NCBI RefSeq assembly: GCF_018350175.1
Contig: NC_058369.1
Span: 5,582,001-5,646,000 of the forward strand
Direction of reading: 5' to 3'
Origin: Felis catus
Lineage: Eukaryota
DNA: 64,000 nt
The notes beneath the pieces were generated by a model that searched no databases, was not told the DNA's origin, and saw only the letters and a program-made list of their open reading frames with translations. Positions 43,541 to 56,811 of this stretch are shown here, one piece after another (within the stretch, counting starts at the first letter, position 1; the number at the start of each line of letters is the position of its first letter). The translations under genes and the position numbers were made by a program.

Positions 43541-46177
43541 GGAGAGAGTCACCTGCACCACAACACTGTTTGCAACGTTAGGAAATGTGACCTTGACACA
43601 TTGCCGTTATCTAATCTATAGTCCATATTCCACCATATCCTTTACAGCTGTGTTTTCCACCGGGATCCCATCCAGGATCATGCACAGCATTTTATTTCTG
43701 TCCCTTTAGCTCCCCTTAACCTGGAACGGCTCCAGGGTCCTTCTCTGTCCTTCACAACATCGACATTTTTGAAGTGTACACACCAGTTATTTATAGACTA
43801 TCCCTCACTTGCATTTGTCTGATGTTTCCTCCCGATTAGACTTTTTTTTTTGACAGCAATATTTTGTCCTTCTCTGTGCCTAGCAGGAGGCCCGTGATGT
43901 CTGTCTGCCCCTTATTGGCACTGTTAATTGTGATTTTTAAAAATTTGTTTATTTTTGGAGTGCCTGGGTGGCTCAGTTGGCTAAGCGTCCAACTTCGGCT
44001 CAAGTCATGATCTCGCGGTCCGTGAGTTCGAGCCCCGCGTCAGGCCCTGTGCTGACAGCTTGAGGCCTGGAGCCTGCTTCAGATTCTGCGTCTCCCTCTC
44101 TCTCTGCCCCTCCTCTGCTCGTGCTCTGTCTCTCTCAAAAATAAATAAACATTACAAAATTTTTTAAAAATTTTGTTTATGTTTAAATGTTTATTTATTT
44201 ATATTTATTTTTTTTACAGTTTATTTATTTATTTATTTGAGAGAGTCAGAGAAAGCACAAGCAGGGGGAGCAAGCAGAGAGAAGGGGAGAGAGAATCCCA
44301 AGCAGGGCCCAAACTCAGGAATCCTGAGATCATGACCTGAACCCAAATCAAGAGTCGGCCACTCAACTGACTGAGCCTCCCAGGGGCCCCTAAATGTTAA
44401 TTTGTTTTTGAGAGAAAGAGAGGCAGAGCGTGAGCGGGGAAGGGGCAGAGACAGAAAGGGGGACAGAGGAACTGAAGCAGGCTCTGTGCCGACAGCATAG
44501 AGTCCAATGTGAGGCTCGAACTCACGAACCATGAGATCATGACCTGAGCCGACGTTGGGCACTCAACCTGCTGAGCCACCCAGCTGCCTCCCAGGTTTGT
44601 TTTTTTATTGAGGTATAATTGACGGATAACCTTATCTTAGTTTCAGGTGTGCAACATCATGATTCCATATTTGTATCTATTGTGAAATGGTCACCACTGT
44701 AAACTGATTGCCATCCGTCACTCTACATAGTTCTAAAACTTTTTTGCTCTGGCGATGAGAACTTTTATTTTTTTATTTATTTATTTTTTTAATTTTTTTA
44801 ATGTTTATTTATTTTTGAGACAGAGACAGAGTGCAAGCGGGGGAGGGGCAGAGAGAGAGGGAGACACAGAATCTGAAACAGGCTCCAGGCTCTGAGCTGT
44901 CAGCACAGAGCCCGATGCGGGGCTCGAACCCATGGACCGAGAGATCATGACCTGAGCCAAAGTCGGACGCTCAACCGACTGAGCCACCCAGGCGCCCCGA
45001 TGAAAACTTTTAAGATCTACTCTCTTAGCAGCTTTCAAATATGCACTACAGTATTATTAACTATAGTCACCTTGCAGTACCTTATATCCCCAGGATTTAT
45101 TTATTTTATAACTAATTTATTCTAAAACTGAAAGTTTCCTCTAATTGTGATTATTTTAAACACTTAATTTTTCTAACTTTACTTATTTATTTTGAGAGAG
45201 AGAGAGAGAGTACACGCGTGGGCAGAGAGAGAGAGAGGGAGAGAGAGAATCCAAGCAGGCTCTGCACCATCAGCACAGAGCCCGACATGGGATTCAAACT
45301 CATAAACTGTGAGATCATGACCTGAGCCAAAATCGAGAGTCAGATGCTTAACCCACTGAGCCACCCAGGAACCACTTAACCATTTAATTTTAATACTGGA
45401 TGGTCAGTCATGGGGGAAGCATGAGAACCTAGGAGAGCCCAGAAAAGGGAGCAGTCCCATCGGGCAAGGCTTCCTGGGGCAGAGGCCCGGAAGCTGACGA
45501 TAGTAAGATCAACCCGATGGGAGACGGTAAGGAATGAATGACCCAGATCGGAGGAAGAGTGTGAAAAATGCACTATAGCCTGGGACACGTGCCCAATCCG
45601 TCCCAGATGAGCCCAGAGGGACACGGGAGCTATGTATGCGGACCCCCCCAAGGGAGGTTGCTGGCCTGTGTCCGGGAAATGACCCCCACCACCTCTAGCC
45701 CCTGTTCATGCCTTTTCCTGCCAGCCTCTAGTCATATCCAGGTCACCAGGAAAGGTCAGCCAGAGGGCAGCAGGCTCAGAGGCTCAGGGAAAAAAGGATG
45801 AGTCAGATTGTGGGCTGGGTCCCCAGAAAGGGCTGGGACAGATTGCACCCTGCCTCACAGTCCTAGCCTGGGAGCTTGTGTGCACATGAACCTGGGCAGC
45901 CTTTACATCGAGGGCCAACAACTTTGAACTCCCTAAAGAAGAAATAATAACCATAGCAGTGCATGTTTATTTAAAGATTTCATTTTCTGGGCGCCTGGGT
46001 GGCTCAGTCGGTTAAGCATCCAGTCCGACTTCAGCTCAGGTCCTGCTCTCACGGTTCAGGGGTTCAAGCCCTGTGTCAGGCTCAGGGCTGACAGCTCGGA
46101 GCCTGGAGCCTGCTTCGGATTCTGTCTCTGTCTCTCTCTCTGTCCCTCCCTCTGTTCACACCCTCTGTCTCTCTGAA

Positions 46178-46213
<36 letters not shown>

Positions 46214-46700
46214 AAATTGTTATGAGGGGAACACCTGGGTGGCTCAGTTGGTTGAGCACCTGACTTGATTTTGGCTCAGGTCATGATCTCACCATTGTAA
46301 GATTGAGCTCTGCATTGGGCTCCAAGCTAAGCACGGAGCCTGCTTGGGATTCTCTCTCTCCCTCTCTCTCTCTCCTCCTCCCCTGCTCATGCTCTCTATC
46401 TTTCTCAAAATAAGTTAATAAATATTTAAAATAGTTGTTATGGGGACGCCTGGCTGGCTCACCGAGTAGAACCTGCAACTCTTGGTCTCAGGGTGGTGAG
46501 TTGAAGACCCATGTTGGGTGTGGAGCCTACTTTTAAAAAAAGGGGGAGGGCGCCTGGGTGGTTCAGTTGATTAAGCATCCGACTTGGGCTCAGGTCATGA
46601 TCTCCCAGTCCATGAGTTTGAGCCCCATGTCGCGTTGTGCACTGACAGCCCGGAGCCTGCTTCAGATTCTGTGTCTCCCTCTCTCTCTGCCCCTCCCTGA

Positions 46701-46754
<54 letters not shown>

Positions 46755-46768
46755 AATAAATAAACATT

Positions 46769-46799
<31 letters not shown>

Positions 46800-47249
46800 T
46801 CCTGGTGGCTCAGTTGGTTAAGCACCCAACTTCAGCTCAGGTCATGAACTCATGGTTTGTGGGTTCAAGCCCCGCATCAGGCTCTCTGCTGTCAGCACAG
46901 AGCCCCCTTCAGATCCTCTGTCTCCCCTACTCTTTGCCCCTCCCCTGCTGCGTGGAGGGCTCTCTCTCTTCCTCTCAAAAATAAGTAAACATTTAAAGAG
47001 AGAGAGAGAGATAAAAAAAATAAGAAATTGTTACAGACAGAGGCCCCTGGGTGGCTCAGTTGGTTAAGCGTCCAACGCTTGATTTTGGCTCGGGTCGTGA
47101 TCTCACACTTCAGGAGTTCAAGCCCCATATTGGGCTCTGCACTGACATCACGGACCCTGCTTGGTATTCTCTGTCTCCCTCTCTCTCTGCCTCTCTCTCT
47201 GTCTCTCTCTCTCAAAAATAAATAAATAAACTGAAAACAGTTGTTCTAG

Positions 47250-47580
47250 ATAAAATGTTGTGTTCCCTTACAATTCATTTGTTGAAGCCCTAACCCCTGC
47301 AGTGTGATCAGTGTGTTGGTACTTGGGGTTGGGGGCTTTCCCGGGTGATTAGGTTGTGAAGCATTGGTGCTCTTATAAAAAGAGATACACAGAGACACAC
47401 GTGAGGAGGAAGGGAGGAAGTGGTTGCCTACAAGCCAGGAAGAGAGGTCTCCCCAGGAACCGAATTCACCAGCATCTTGATCTTGGACTTCCAGCCTCCA
47501 GAACTGTGAGAAATAAAGATCTGTTGTTTAAGCCACTCATCCTGTGCCATTTTGTTATGGCAGCCAAAGATGATGACTAC
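47250..47580 (+). mobile_element. MLT1 (ERVL-MaLR) solo LTR
   Basis: gttgaagccctaaccc...cttgatcttggacttccagcctccagaactgtgagaaataaa...tgtttaagccac...tttgttatggcagcc, a hallmark MLT1 3' half. Confidence 0.8.
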
Positions 47581-48816
47581 AGCATGCTGAAGTGTAATCA
47601 ACGTGCCACAATCTGGTATGTTTCAAGGGCACAAGGTAATTGACATTGATACATATACATATACACACACACACACGCCTGTGAGACTATCACCATAATC
47701 TGGGTAATGGACGTATCTGTCACACCCAAAACGTTCCTTGTGCTTCTTGGGAACCCTTCTCACTGGCTCTTCCCACTTTTCCCACGTACTCAGGACCTGT
47801 TTTCTATCGCTACAGGTTACATTGCTTTTTCTAGAATTTTGTATCACTGGAATCACATAGAATAAATTTTTGGGGGGGGGTGGTCTGGCTTCTTTCACTC
47901 AGCATGATTACTTTGAGATTCATCCTTGTTGGAGCGTGTATCAGTAATTTATTTTTTTATTTAATTTGTAGGCTCCAAACCCAGGATGGAGCCCAACGCA
48001 GGGCCTGAACTCAGGACCCTGAGATCAAGACCTGAGCTGAGATCAAGAGCTGGACGCTTAACCAACTGAGCCACCCAGATGCCCCTGTAGTGTATTTATT
48101 TTTAATGCTAATGCGAATAAAGCACAATATCATTATCCGTTCATCTGTTGAAGGACATGTGGGTTATTTCCCACTAAATAAAGTTGCTATGGACATTCAT
48201 GTACAAGTTCTTGATTGGATAACGCTTTCATTTCTTTCGGGGGAGTTTTTTTAAGATTTTATTTTTAAATAATGTGGGGCTCTACTGACTGAGCCAGCCA
48301 GGTGCCCCAGGGAATTTATTTTAATTTCAAATTAGAATTTGAATTTCCGTAGAACTCCTGTTCCTTATCTGCTCAGTTCCCCTCCCTACCACATACAATC
48401 ACTGTCAGCATCAACATTTCATACTCTATCTTTCTTGTGTTTATTTAGACAGATATAAGCAACACCTCCAAGCCCTTTTTACACAGAAGATAGTACATTG
48501 CATGCACTGTTTTGTATCTTATTTGTTTTCCTTTATTTATTTATTTTTATTTTTATTTATTTAAATGCTTATTGATTTTTGAGAGAAAGATACAGAGCAT
48601 GAGCGGGGGAGGAGCAGAGAGAGAGGGAGACACAGAATCCCAGGCTCTGAGTCGTCAGCACACAGCCCAATGGGGGGCTTGAACTCACAAACTGTGAGAT
48701 TGTGACCTGAGCCAAAGTCGGACACCCAACCGACTGAGCCACCCATGTGCCCCCAAAATAAAACCTTTTAAAAGAGAGAGAGAGAAAGAGAATTAAAACA
48801 CATTTCAGAAGGCCTT

Positions 48817-51800
48817 GGGGGAGGAGTTAAGATGGGCTAGAAGTAGGGGGACCCTGGGCTTTTCGTGTCCCCCAAACACAACTGTATTGGGGTCAGATCA
48901 CTTGGAACACCCAGGAAATTGATCTTAGGACCAGCAGAAGGTTCTCCACAGTTAGAGGGTGATGGCATGGCAGGTATGGGGCTTATTCTAACAAGGAATC
49001 AAAGCACACCCAGGTAAAGGTCCAAACACTCCCCGCTCCAAGCAAGGAGGAGCTGCGCAGAGGACCGACCAGTGGGAAAGAACAGCCAAAACACAACAGC
49101 ACAGCGCACACAGCACAGAGCAGAAACACTTCCTGGAGTGTTTGGCCCCCTTCCTGGACAGTGTATGGCCCAATGACCCCCTTTTTAAAAACTTTAAATT
49201 CAAGTTTAAGCTTTTTTTCAGCAAGAGACAGAGCAGGTGAACAGAGGAGAGGGACAGAGGGAGAGAGAGAGAGAGAGGGAGAGAGAATCCCAAGTAGGCT
49301 CCACACCCAGAGAGGAGCCCGATGCGGGGCTCAATCCCATGACCCTGAGCTGGTGACCTGAGCCAAATTCAAGAGACAGACGGTTAACCAGCTGAGCCAC
49401 CCGGATGCCCCGACCCCTTTTTGATATAGTGCTACTCTCAGGTACGGGAAACATAACAAGCTTTCAAAACATGCAAAAGACAGAAACTTAGCCAAAATGA
49501 CAAGACCGAAGAATTCTCCCCAAAAGAAAAGTCAAGAGGAAATTACTGCCAGGGACTTGCTCAAAACAGCCATAAGCAATAAACCTGAACAGGAATTTAG
49601 AACACTCGTAAGACTATTAGGTGAGCTTGAAAAAAAGCGTACAAGACACCAGAGAAACCCTTGCGGCAAAGATCAAAGGCCCAAAAACTAGTCGGGATGA
49701 AATAAAAAAGAAGTGTTGTAACTGAGGTGTAAAAACGACTGGACACAGTCAGAACAAGGATTGAAGAAACAGGGGAGAGAATATGTGATATAGAAGATGA
49801 AATTATGGAAAATAATGAAGCCGAAAAGAAGAGGGAAAGAAAGCTGTTCAATTGTGAAGGTAGACCTGGGGAACTTAGTGATTCCATAAAATGGAACAAT
49901 ATCAATATCATAGGAGTCCCAGAAAAATAGCAGGAAAAGGGGGCAGAAAAGTTATTTGGACAAATTATAGCTGAGAACTTCCCCAATCTGGGGAAGGAAA
50001 CAGGCATTCAAGTACAAGAGGGACAGAGAACTCCCTTCATAATCAACAAAACCAGGCTAATACCACAACATATCACAGTGAAACTTGAAAAATACAAAGA
50101 TAAAGGCAAAAATGGAAAGCAGCTAGGGACAAAAGGTCCTTAACCTACACGGGTAGACACATAAGGTTATCAGCAGACCTGTCCACTGAAACTTGGCAGG
50201 CCAGAAGGGAGAGGCAGGAAATATTCAACATGCTGAATGGGAAAAATATGCAGCCAAGAAATCTTTATCCAGCAAGGCTGTCATTCAGAATAGAAGGAGA
50301 GATAAAGAGTTTCCCAGAAAAAACAAAAACGAAAGGAGTTCATGACCAGTAAACTAGCCCTGCAAGAAATTGTAAGGGGAACTCTGAGTGGAGGGGGAGA
50401 AAAAAACAACAACAACACCAAAGCAATAAGACTAGAAAGGACCAGAGAACATCATCAGAAACACCAACTGTACGGGTAACACAAATTAATATTTTTTAAT
50501 AATCACTCTACATGTAAATGGACTAAATGCTCCAGTCAAAAGACAGAAAGTGTAAGAATGGATAAAAAACAAGATCCATCTATATACTGCCTACAAGAGA
50601 CTTATTTTAGACCTAAAGACACCTGCAGGGGCGCCTGGGTGGCTCAGTTGGTTGAGCGTCCGACTTTGGCCCAGGTCACGATCTCATGGTTCATGACAGC
50701 TCAGAGCCTGGATCCTGCTTCCCATTCTTCTCCCTCCCTCTCTGCCCCTCCCCTGCTCACACTCGGTCTCTCTCTCTCAAAAACGAATAAATGTTAAAAA
50801 AAAAAATTAGGGGCGCCCGGGTGGCTGAGTCAGTTGAGCGTCCGACTTCGGCTCAGGTCACGATCTCGCGGTTCGTGAGTTGAAGCCCCGCGTCGGGCTC
50901 TGTGCTGACAGATCAGAGCCTAGAGCCTGCTTCAGAATCTGTGTCCCCCCCACCCGTCTCTCCGCCGCACCCCTGCTTGTGCTCTGTCTCTCTCTGTCTT
51001 TCAAAAATGAATAAATATTAACAAAAAATGTTTTAAATAATAAAAAAAATTAAAAAGACACCTGCCGACTGAAAGTGAGGTGATGGAGAACCATCTATCA
51101 CACTAGTGGACATCAAAATGAAGCTGGAATAGCCATACTTATATCAAACAAACTAGATTTTAAAACAAAGACTGTAACAAGAGATGAAAAAGGGCATTAT
51201 ATCATAATTAAGGGGTCTACCCATCAAAAAGATCTAACAACAGTAAATATTTATGCCTCCAATTTGAAAGCACCCAAATATAAACCATATGATCCTGTCA
51301 ATAGATGCAGAAAAAGCATTTAACAAAATACAGTATCCATTCTTTAAAAAAAATTTTTTTTAATGTTTATTTATTTTTGAGAGAGAGGGAGAGACAGAGC
51401 GTGAGCAGGGGAGGGGCAGACAGAGAGGGAGACACAGAATCTGAAGCAGGTTCCAGACTCTGAGCTGTCAGCACAGAGCCCAACGCAGGGCTCAAACTCA
51501 CAAACCGCGAGATCATGACCTGAGCTGAAGTTGGATGCTCAGCCGACTGAGCCACCCAGGTGCCCCCAATATCCATTCTTTTTTTTTTTTTAATTTTTTT
51601 TCAACGTTTATTTATTTTTGGGACAGAGAGAGACAGAGCATGAACGGGGGAGGGGCAGAGAGAGAGGGAGACACAGAATCAGAAACAGGCTCCAGGCTCC
51701 GAGCCATCAGCCCAGAGCCTGACGTGGGGCTCGAACTCACGGACCGCGAGACCGTGACCTGGCTGAAGTCGGACGCTTAACTGACTGCGCCACCCAGGCG

Positions 51801-54240
51801 CCCCCCCAATATCCATTCTTGATAAAAACCCTCAACAAAGTAGGGATAGAGGGAACATATCTCAACATCATAAAGGCCATATATAAGACATACAGCTAAT
51901 ATCATCCTCAATAGGGAAAAACTGAGAGCCTTTCCCCTATGGCCAGTGATGACATAGGTGACATAAGTCAGAAAAGACAGTGATGTCCACTCCCACCATG
52001 ACTATTTAACATAGTACTGGAAGTCTTGGCCTCAGCATTCAGACAACAAAAAGAAATGAAGGGTGTACAGATTGTCAAGGAAGAAGTCAAGCTTTCACTA
52101 TTTGCAGATGACATGATACTCTATGTAGAAAACCCCAAAGACTCCACCAAGAAATTGCTAGAATTAACACCTGAATTCAGAAAAGTCACAGGATATAAAA
52201 TCAATTTCCAGAAATCTATTGCATTTCTATACACCAATAACGAAGCAGCAGAAAGAGAAATCAAGGAAATGATTCCATTTACAATTGCACTAAAACCAAT
52301 AAGATACTTTAGTAATAAACCTAACTAAAGGGGTAAAGGATCTGCACTCTGAAAACTATAGAACACTTGTGAAAGAAACTGAAGAGGACACAAAGAAGTG
52401 GAAAAGCATTCCATGTTCATGGATTGGAAGACCAAACATTGTGAAAGTGTCTATACTACCCAAAGCAATCTACACATTTAATGCAATCCAAAGCAATCTA
52501 CACATTTAATGCAATCCTTATCAAAATACCACAAGCATTTTTCACAGAGCTAAAACAAACAACCCTAAAATTTGTATGGAACCACAAAAGACCTCAAATA
52601 GAAAATGCAATCCTGAAAAAGAAAAACAAAACTGGAGGCATCACGATTCTGGGTTTCAAGCTATATTACAGAGCTGTAGCCATGAAGACGGTATGGCTCT
52701 GGCACAAAAACAGATACAGAGATCAGTGAAACAGAATAGAAAACCCAGAAATTTACCCACAACTATATGGCCAACTAATCTTTGATAAAGCGGGAAAGAA
52801 TATCCAATGGAAAAAAGTCTCTTCAACAGTGTTGGAAAAACTGGACAGTGACATGCAGAAGAATGAAACTGGACCACGCTCTTACACCATACACAAAAAT
52901 AAATTCAAAATGGATGGAAGACCTAAAGGTGAGACAGGAAACCATCAAAGTCATAGAGAAGAACACAGGCAGCAGCAACCCCGTTGACCTTGGCTGCAGC
53001 AACTTCTTACTAGACACATCGCCCAAGGCAAGGGAAACAAAACCAAACGTGAAGTATTGGGACCTCATCAAGATAAAATGATTCTGCACTGCAAAGGAAA
53101 CAATCAACAAAACTAAAAGGCAACTGATGGAATGGGAAAAGATATTTGCAAATGACATATCGGATAAAGGGTTAGTATCCAACATCCATAAAGAACTCAT
53201 CAAACTCAATACCCAAAAAACAAACAACCCAGTTAAGAAATGGGCAGAAGACATGAATAGGCACTTTTCCAAAGAAGACATCCAGATGGCCAACAGACAC
53301 ATGAAAAGATGCTCAACATCACACATTATCAGGGAAATACAAACCAAAACCATGTTGAGTTACCACCTCACACCTGTCAGAATGGCTAAAATTGGCAACA
53401 CAAGAAAAAACAGGTGTTGGAGAGGATGCAGAGAAAGAGGAACCCTCCTGCACTGCTGGTGGGAATGCAAACTGGTGTAGCCATTCTGGAAAACAACATG
53501 GAGGTTCCTCAAAAAACTAAAAATAGAACTAGCCTACGACCCAGCAATTGCACTATTAGGTATTTACCCAAAGGATATAAAAATACTCATTGGAAGGGGC
53601 ACATGCACCCTGATGTTTATAGCATCATTATCAACAATAGCCAAACTATGGAGAGAGCCCAAATGTTTAACATCCATCAACTAATGAATGGATAAAGATG
53701 TGGTGTATATGTATGTATAATGGAATATTACTAGGTGATCAAAAAGAATGACCATTTTCAATCACGTGGATGGAGCTAGAATCTACTATGCTAAGTGAAA
53801 TAAGTCAGCTAGAGAAAGACAAATACCATATGATTTCACTTGTATGTGGAATTTAAGAAGCAAAACAGGAACATATGGGAAGTGGGGAAGAGAAGGGAGG
53901 GAAATGAACCATGAGAGACTCTTAACAATGGAGAACAAACTGAGGGTTGACAGAGGGAGATGGATGGGGGATGGGCTAGGTGGGGAATGGGTATTAAGGA
54001 GAGAGACAGAGTGTGAGCAGGGCAGAGAGAGAGGCAGACACAGAATCCGAAGCAGGCTCCAGGCTCTGAGCTGTCAGCACAGAGCCCGACGCGGGGCTCG
54101 AACTCACAAACCGTGAGATCATGACCTGAGCTGAAGTTGGACGCTTAACTGACTGAGCCACTCAGGCGCCCCTGAATTCTACTACTGAAACCAATATTGC
54201 ACTGTATGTTAACTAACATTTAAATTAAAAAAAAAAAACC
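48817..54240 (+). mobile_element. Decayed carnivore LINE-1 with both ends, an internal ORF2 deletion and six SINE insertions
   Basis: 5' GGGGGAGGAGTTAAGATGG; ORF1 remnant from 49497 (MTRPKNSPQKK...); endonuclease remnant about 50500-51280; RT motifs ([21 protein letters not shown]); C-terminal CWRGC...HCWWECK; A-tail about 54227-54238; many stops and frameshifts. Confidence 0.93.
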
Positions 54241-55859
54241 AACAACCACATTTCAACACAATGCAACATATAGATGTTTGGGGATCCTGATTCACAGCGT
54301 CTCTAAAATAATAAAACAAAACATAACAAAACAAATGATGACATTTATGAGACAATTAAAAATTTGAACATTTACTGGACATTTGATAATATTAAGGTTT
54401 TAAGTTATAATAATGCTATTATGGATATTTAAAAAAGAAATAGTCTGTATCTCCTAGAATGCATATTCAAATATTTACAGATGATGGGAAGTCTGGGATT
54501 TGATTCAAAATAATCTAATAGGGGGGCGCCTGGGTGGCTCAGTCGGTTGGGCGTCCAACTTCGGCTCAGGTCACGATCTCACGTGAGTTCGAGCCCCGTG
54601 TCGGGCTCTGTGCTGACTGCTCAGAGCCTGGAACCTGTTTCAGATTCTGTGTCTCCCTCTCTCTGACCCTCCCCCGTTCATGCTCTGTCTCTCTCTGTCT
54701 CAAAAATAAATAAACGTTAGGGGCGCCTGGAGGGTCAGTTGGTTGAGCATCCGACTTTGGCTCAGGTCATGATCTCGCGGTCCATGAGTTCGAGCCCCGT
54801 GTCGGGCTCTGTGCTGACAGCTCGGAGCTTGGAGCCTGTTTCACATTCTGTGTCTCCCTCTCTCTCTCTGACCCTCCCCTGTTCATGCTCTGTCTCTCTC
54901 TGTCTCAAAAATAAATAAACATTAAAAAAAATTTTTAAAAATAAATAAACGTTAAAAAAAATTAACAAAACAAAACAAAACAAGACAAAATAATCCAATA
55001 GGGGAGGACATGGGAAAATGAAAGTAGATGAAAAAGATTGAGGGGCACCTGGGTGACTCAGTCAGTTAAGCGTCTGACTCTTGATCTCGGCTCAGGTCAT
55101 GATCTCACAGTTTGTGAGTTCGAGCACCACGTCCGGCTCTGTGCTGATGTTACCCACCGAGCCTGCTTGGGATTCTGTCTCTCCTTCTCTCTGCTCCTCC
55201 CCCGCTTGTGTGGGCGGCCTCTCTCTCTCTAAAACTAAATAAATAAACTTAAAAACAAAAACATTTCTAAAAAATAAACATTTATCAAGAAAAGAAGAAA
55301 GATTGAGTTCATAATTGGCTGTTTATGTGATACTTTTTTTTTCATTGTTCGAGAAGATATGTATCAGAAAATTTACCACTTTATGTGGGCAGTTGGTGGA
55401 ATTAAGTATACCTCTCTATTTCTTTTTGTTTGTTTTAAATTCTCCAAAACAAAAGTTAAAAGAAAAATTTTGAGTAAGCAACTGGTGATCAAAGTAAAAT
55501 GTGCTGGGAGATCTGATTTCGAGCTCCCAGGAGGGCCAGTGGCGCAATTTTAATTTCTTTCTTTAGTTTCTTAAATATCTACAACGAATATGTTAATTTT
55601 TAGAGATTACTCTCTCTCTCTTTTTTTTTAATGTTTTTATTTATTTTTGAGACAGAGACAGAGCATGAACAGGGGACGGGCAGAGAGAGAGGGAGACACT
55701 GCATCTGAAGCAGGCTCCAGGCTCCGAGCTGTCAGCACAGAGCCCGATGCGGGGCTCCAACTCACAGACTGTGAGATCATGACCTGAGCTGAAGTCGGAC
55801 GCTCAACCGACTGAGCCACCCAGGCGCCCCGATTACTCTCTTTTTTTAATGTCTTTATT

Positions 55860-55910
<51 letters not shown>

Positions 55911-56162
55911 GGATAAGTGGGGGAGGGGCGGGGGGGAGGTACACAGAATCTGAAGCAGGCACCAATGCGGGGCTCGAACTCACAAACCGCGAAATCATGA
56001 CCTGAGCCGAAGCTGGGCATTTAACCGACTCCACCCAGGCGCCCCAAGAGATTCCTTTTTAATTAGCAGTAAGAAAAAGCCAAGTTGGCATTTTTTGCGC
56101 CGAAGGAACATTCCTTCCCAGGTACTCCGCGGACAAGCGCCAAGGCCCTGATTTGGCCGGAG

Positions 56163-56268
56163 GGCAGCGCCCCCTGGTGGCGGATCCGAGAGCAGCCCTT
56201 AGACTTCCCTTTCCCGCTACTCCGGACTCCAGGGAGGGAGGGGAGGCGCTCCTGGCGCCCCCTGTGCG
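56163..56268 (-). promoter_or_regulatory. CTCF motif(s) in a small intergenic CpG-rich patch
   Basis: CCACCAGGGGGCGCTGC on minus (56180-56164), a textbook match; a second weaker CGCACAGGGGGCGCC at about 56254-56268. Confidence 0.75.
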
Positions 56269-56769
56269 CGACTCCGCAGGGCAGCGCGGGCACCCGAGGT
56301 GGCCTCTAGGGTGAAAGATTCAGAGAAGCAGCCAAAGGGGTGATGTGGAGACGAAGAGTAGCAACTTTCCCCCTCCCCCTTCCCCTCCTCCTTCTCTCCT
56401 CCTTCCCTCATTCTTTTGGGCTGTTCATCAAACATTTACTGGGAAGCTACTGTGTGCCACGCAATGGGTGCAAAGGCCCTAACACAAGGACCTGACCCAA
56501 TAATTATCTGTGAGAATTATAACATGATAAACAAGGTAACTAAGGGAAATATATAGCACATTACGTGGTGATGCCTACTAAGGAGAAAAGTAAATCCAAA
56601 AAGGGAGATATGGAATAGGGGGATGCTTACAATTTTAAATAGAGGGGTAAGTCAAACGGAAATCTGGGGGAAAAGCATTCCAGGCAGAAGGAATAGCCAG
56701 TGCAGAGGCCCTGAGGCGGCAATGTGGCTCATGTGTTTGACGAGCATAAACACGGGCCATGGAGACAGA

Positions 56770-56770
<1 letters not shown>

Positions 56771-56807
<37 letters not shown>
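56771..56807. repeat. (CA)n microsatellite
   Basis: Directly visible. Confidence 0.92.

Positions 56808-56811
<4 letters not shown>

Larger units (their letters stand above)
41170..48760. mobile_element. SINE-dense intergenic block upstream of ANGPTL4 (well over a dozen CAN-SINEs in both orientations, old L1 and MIR fragments)
   Basis: Repeated SINE heads and tails, including a head-to-tail run at about 45989-47230. Confidence 0.85.
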
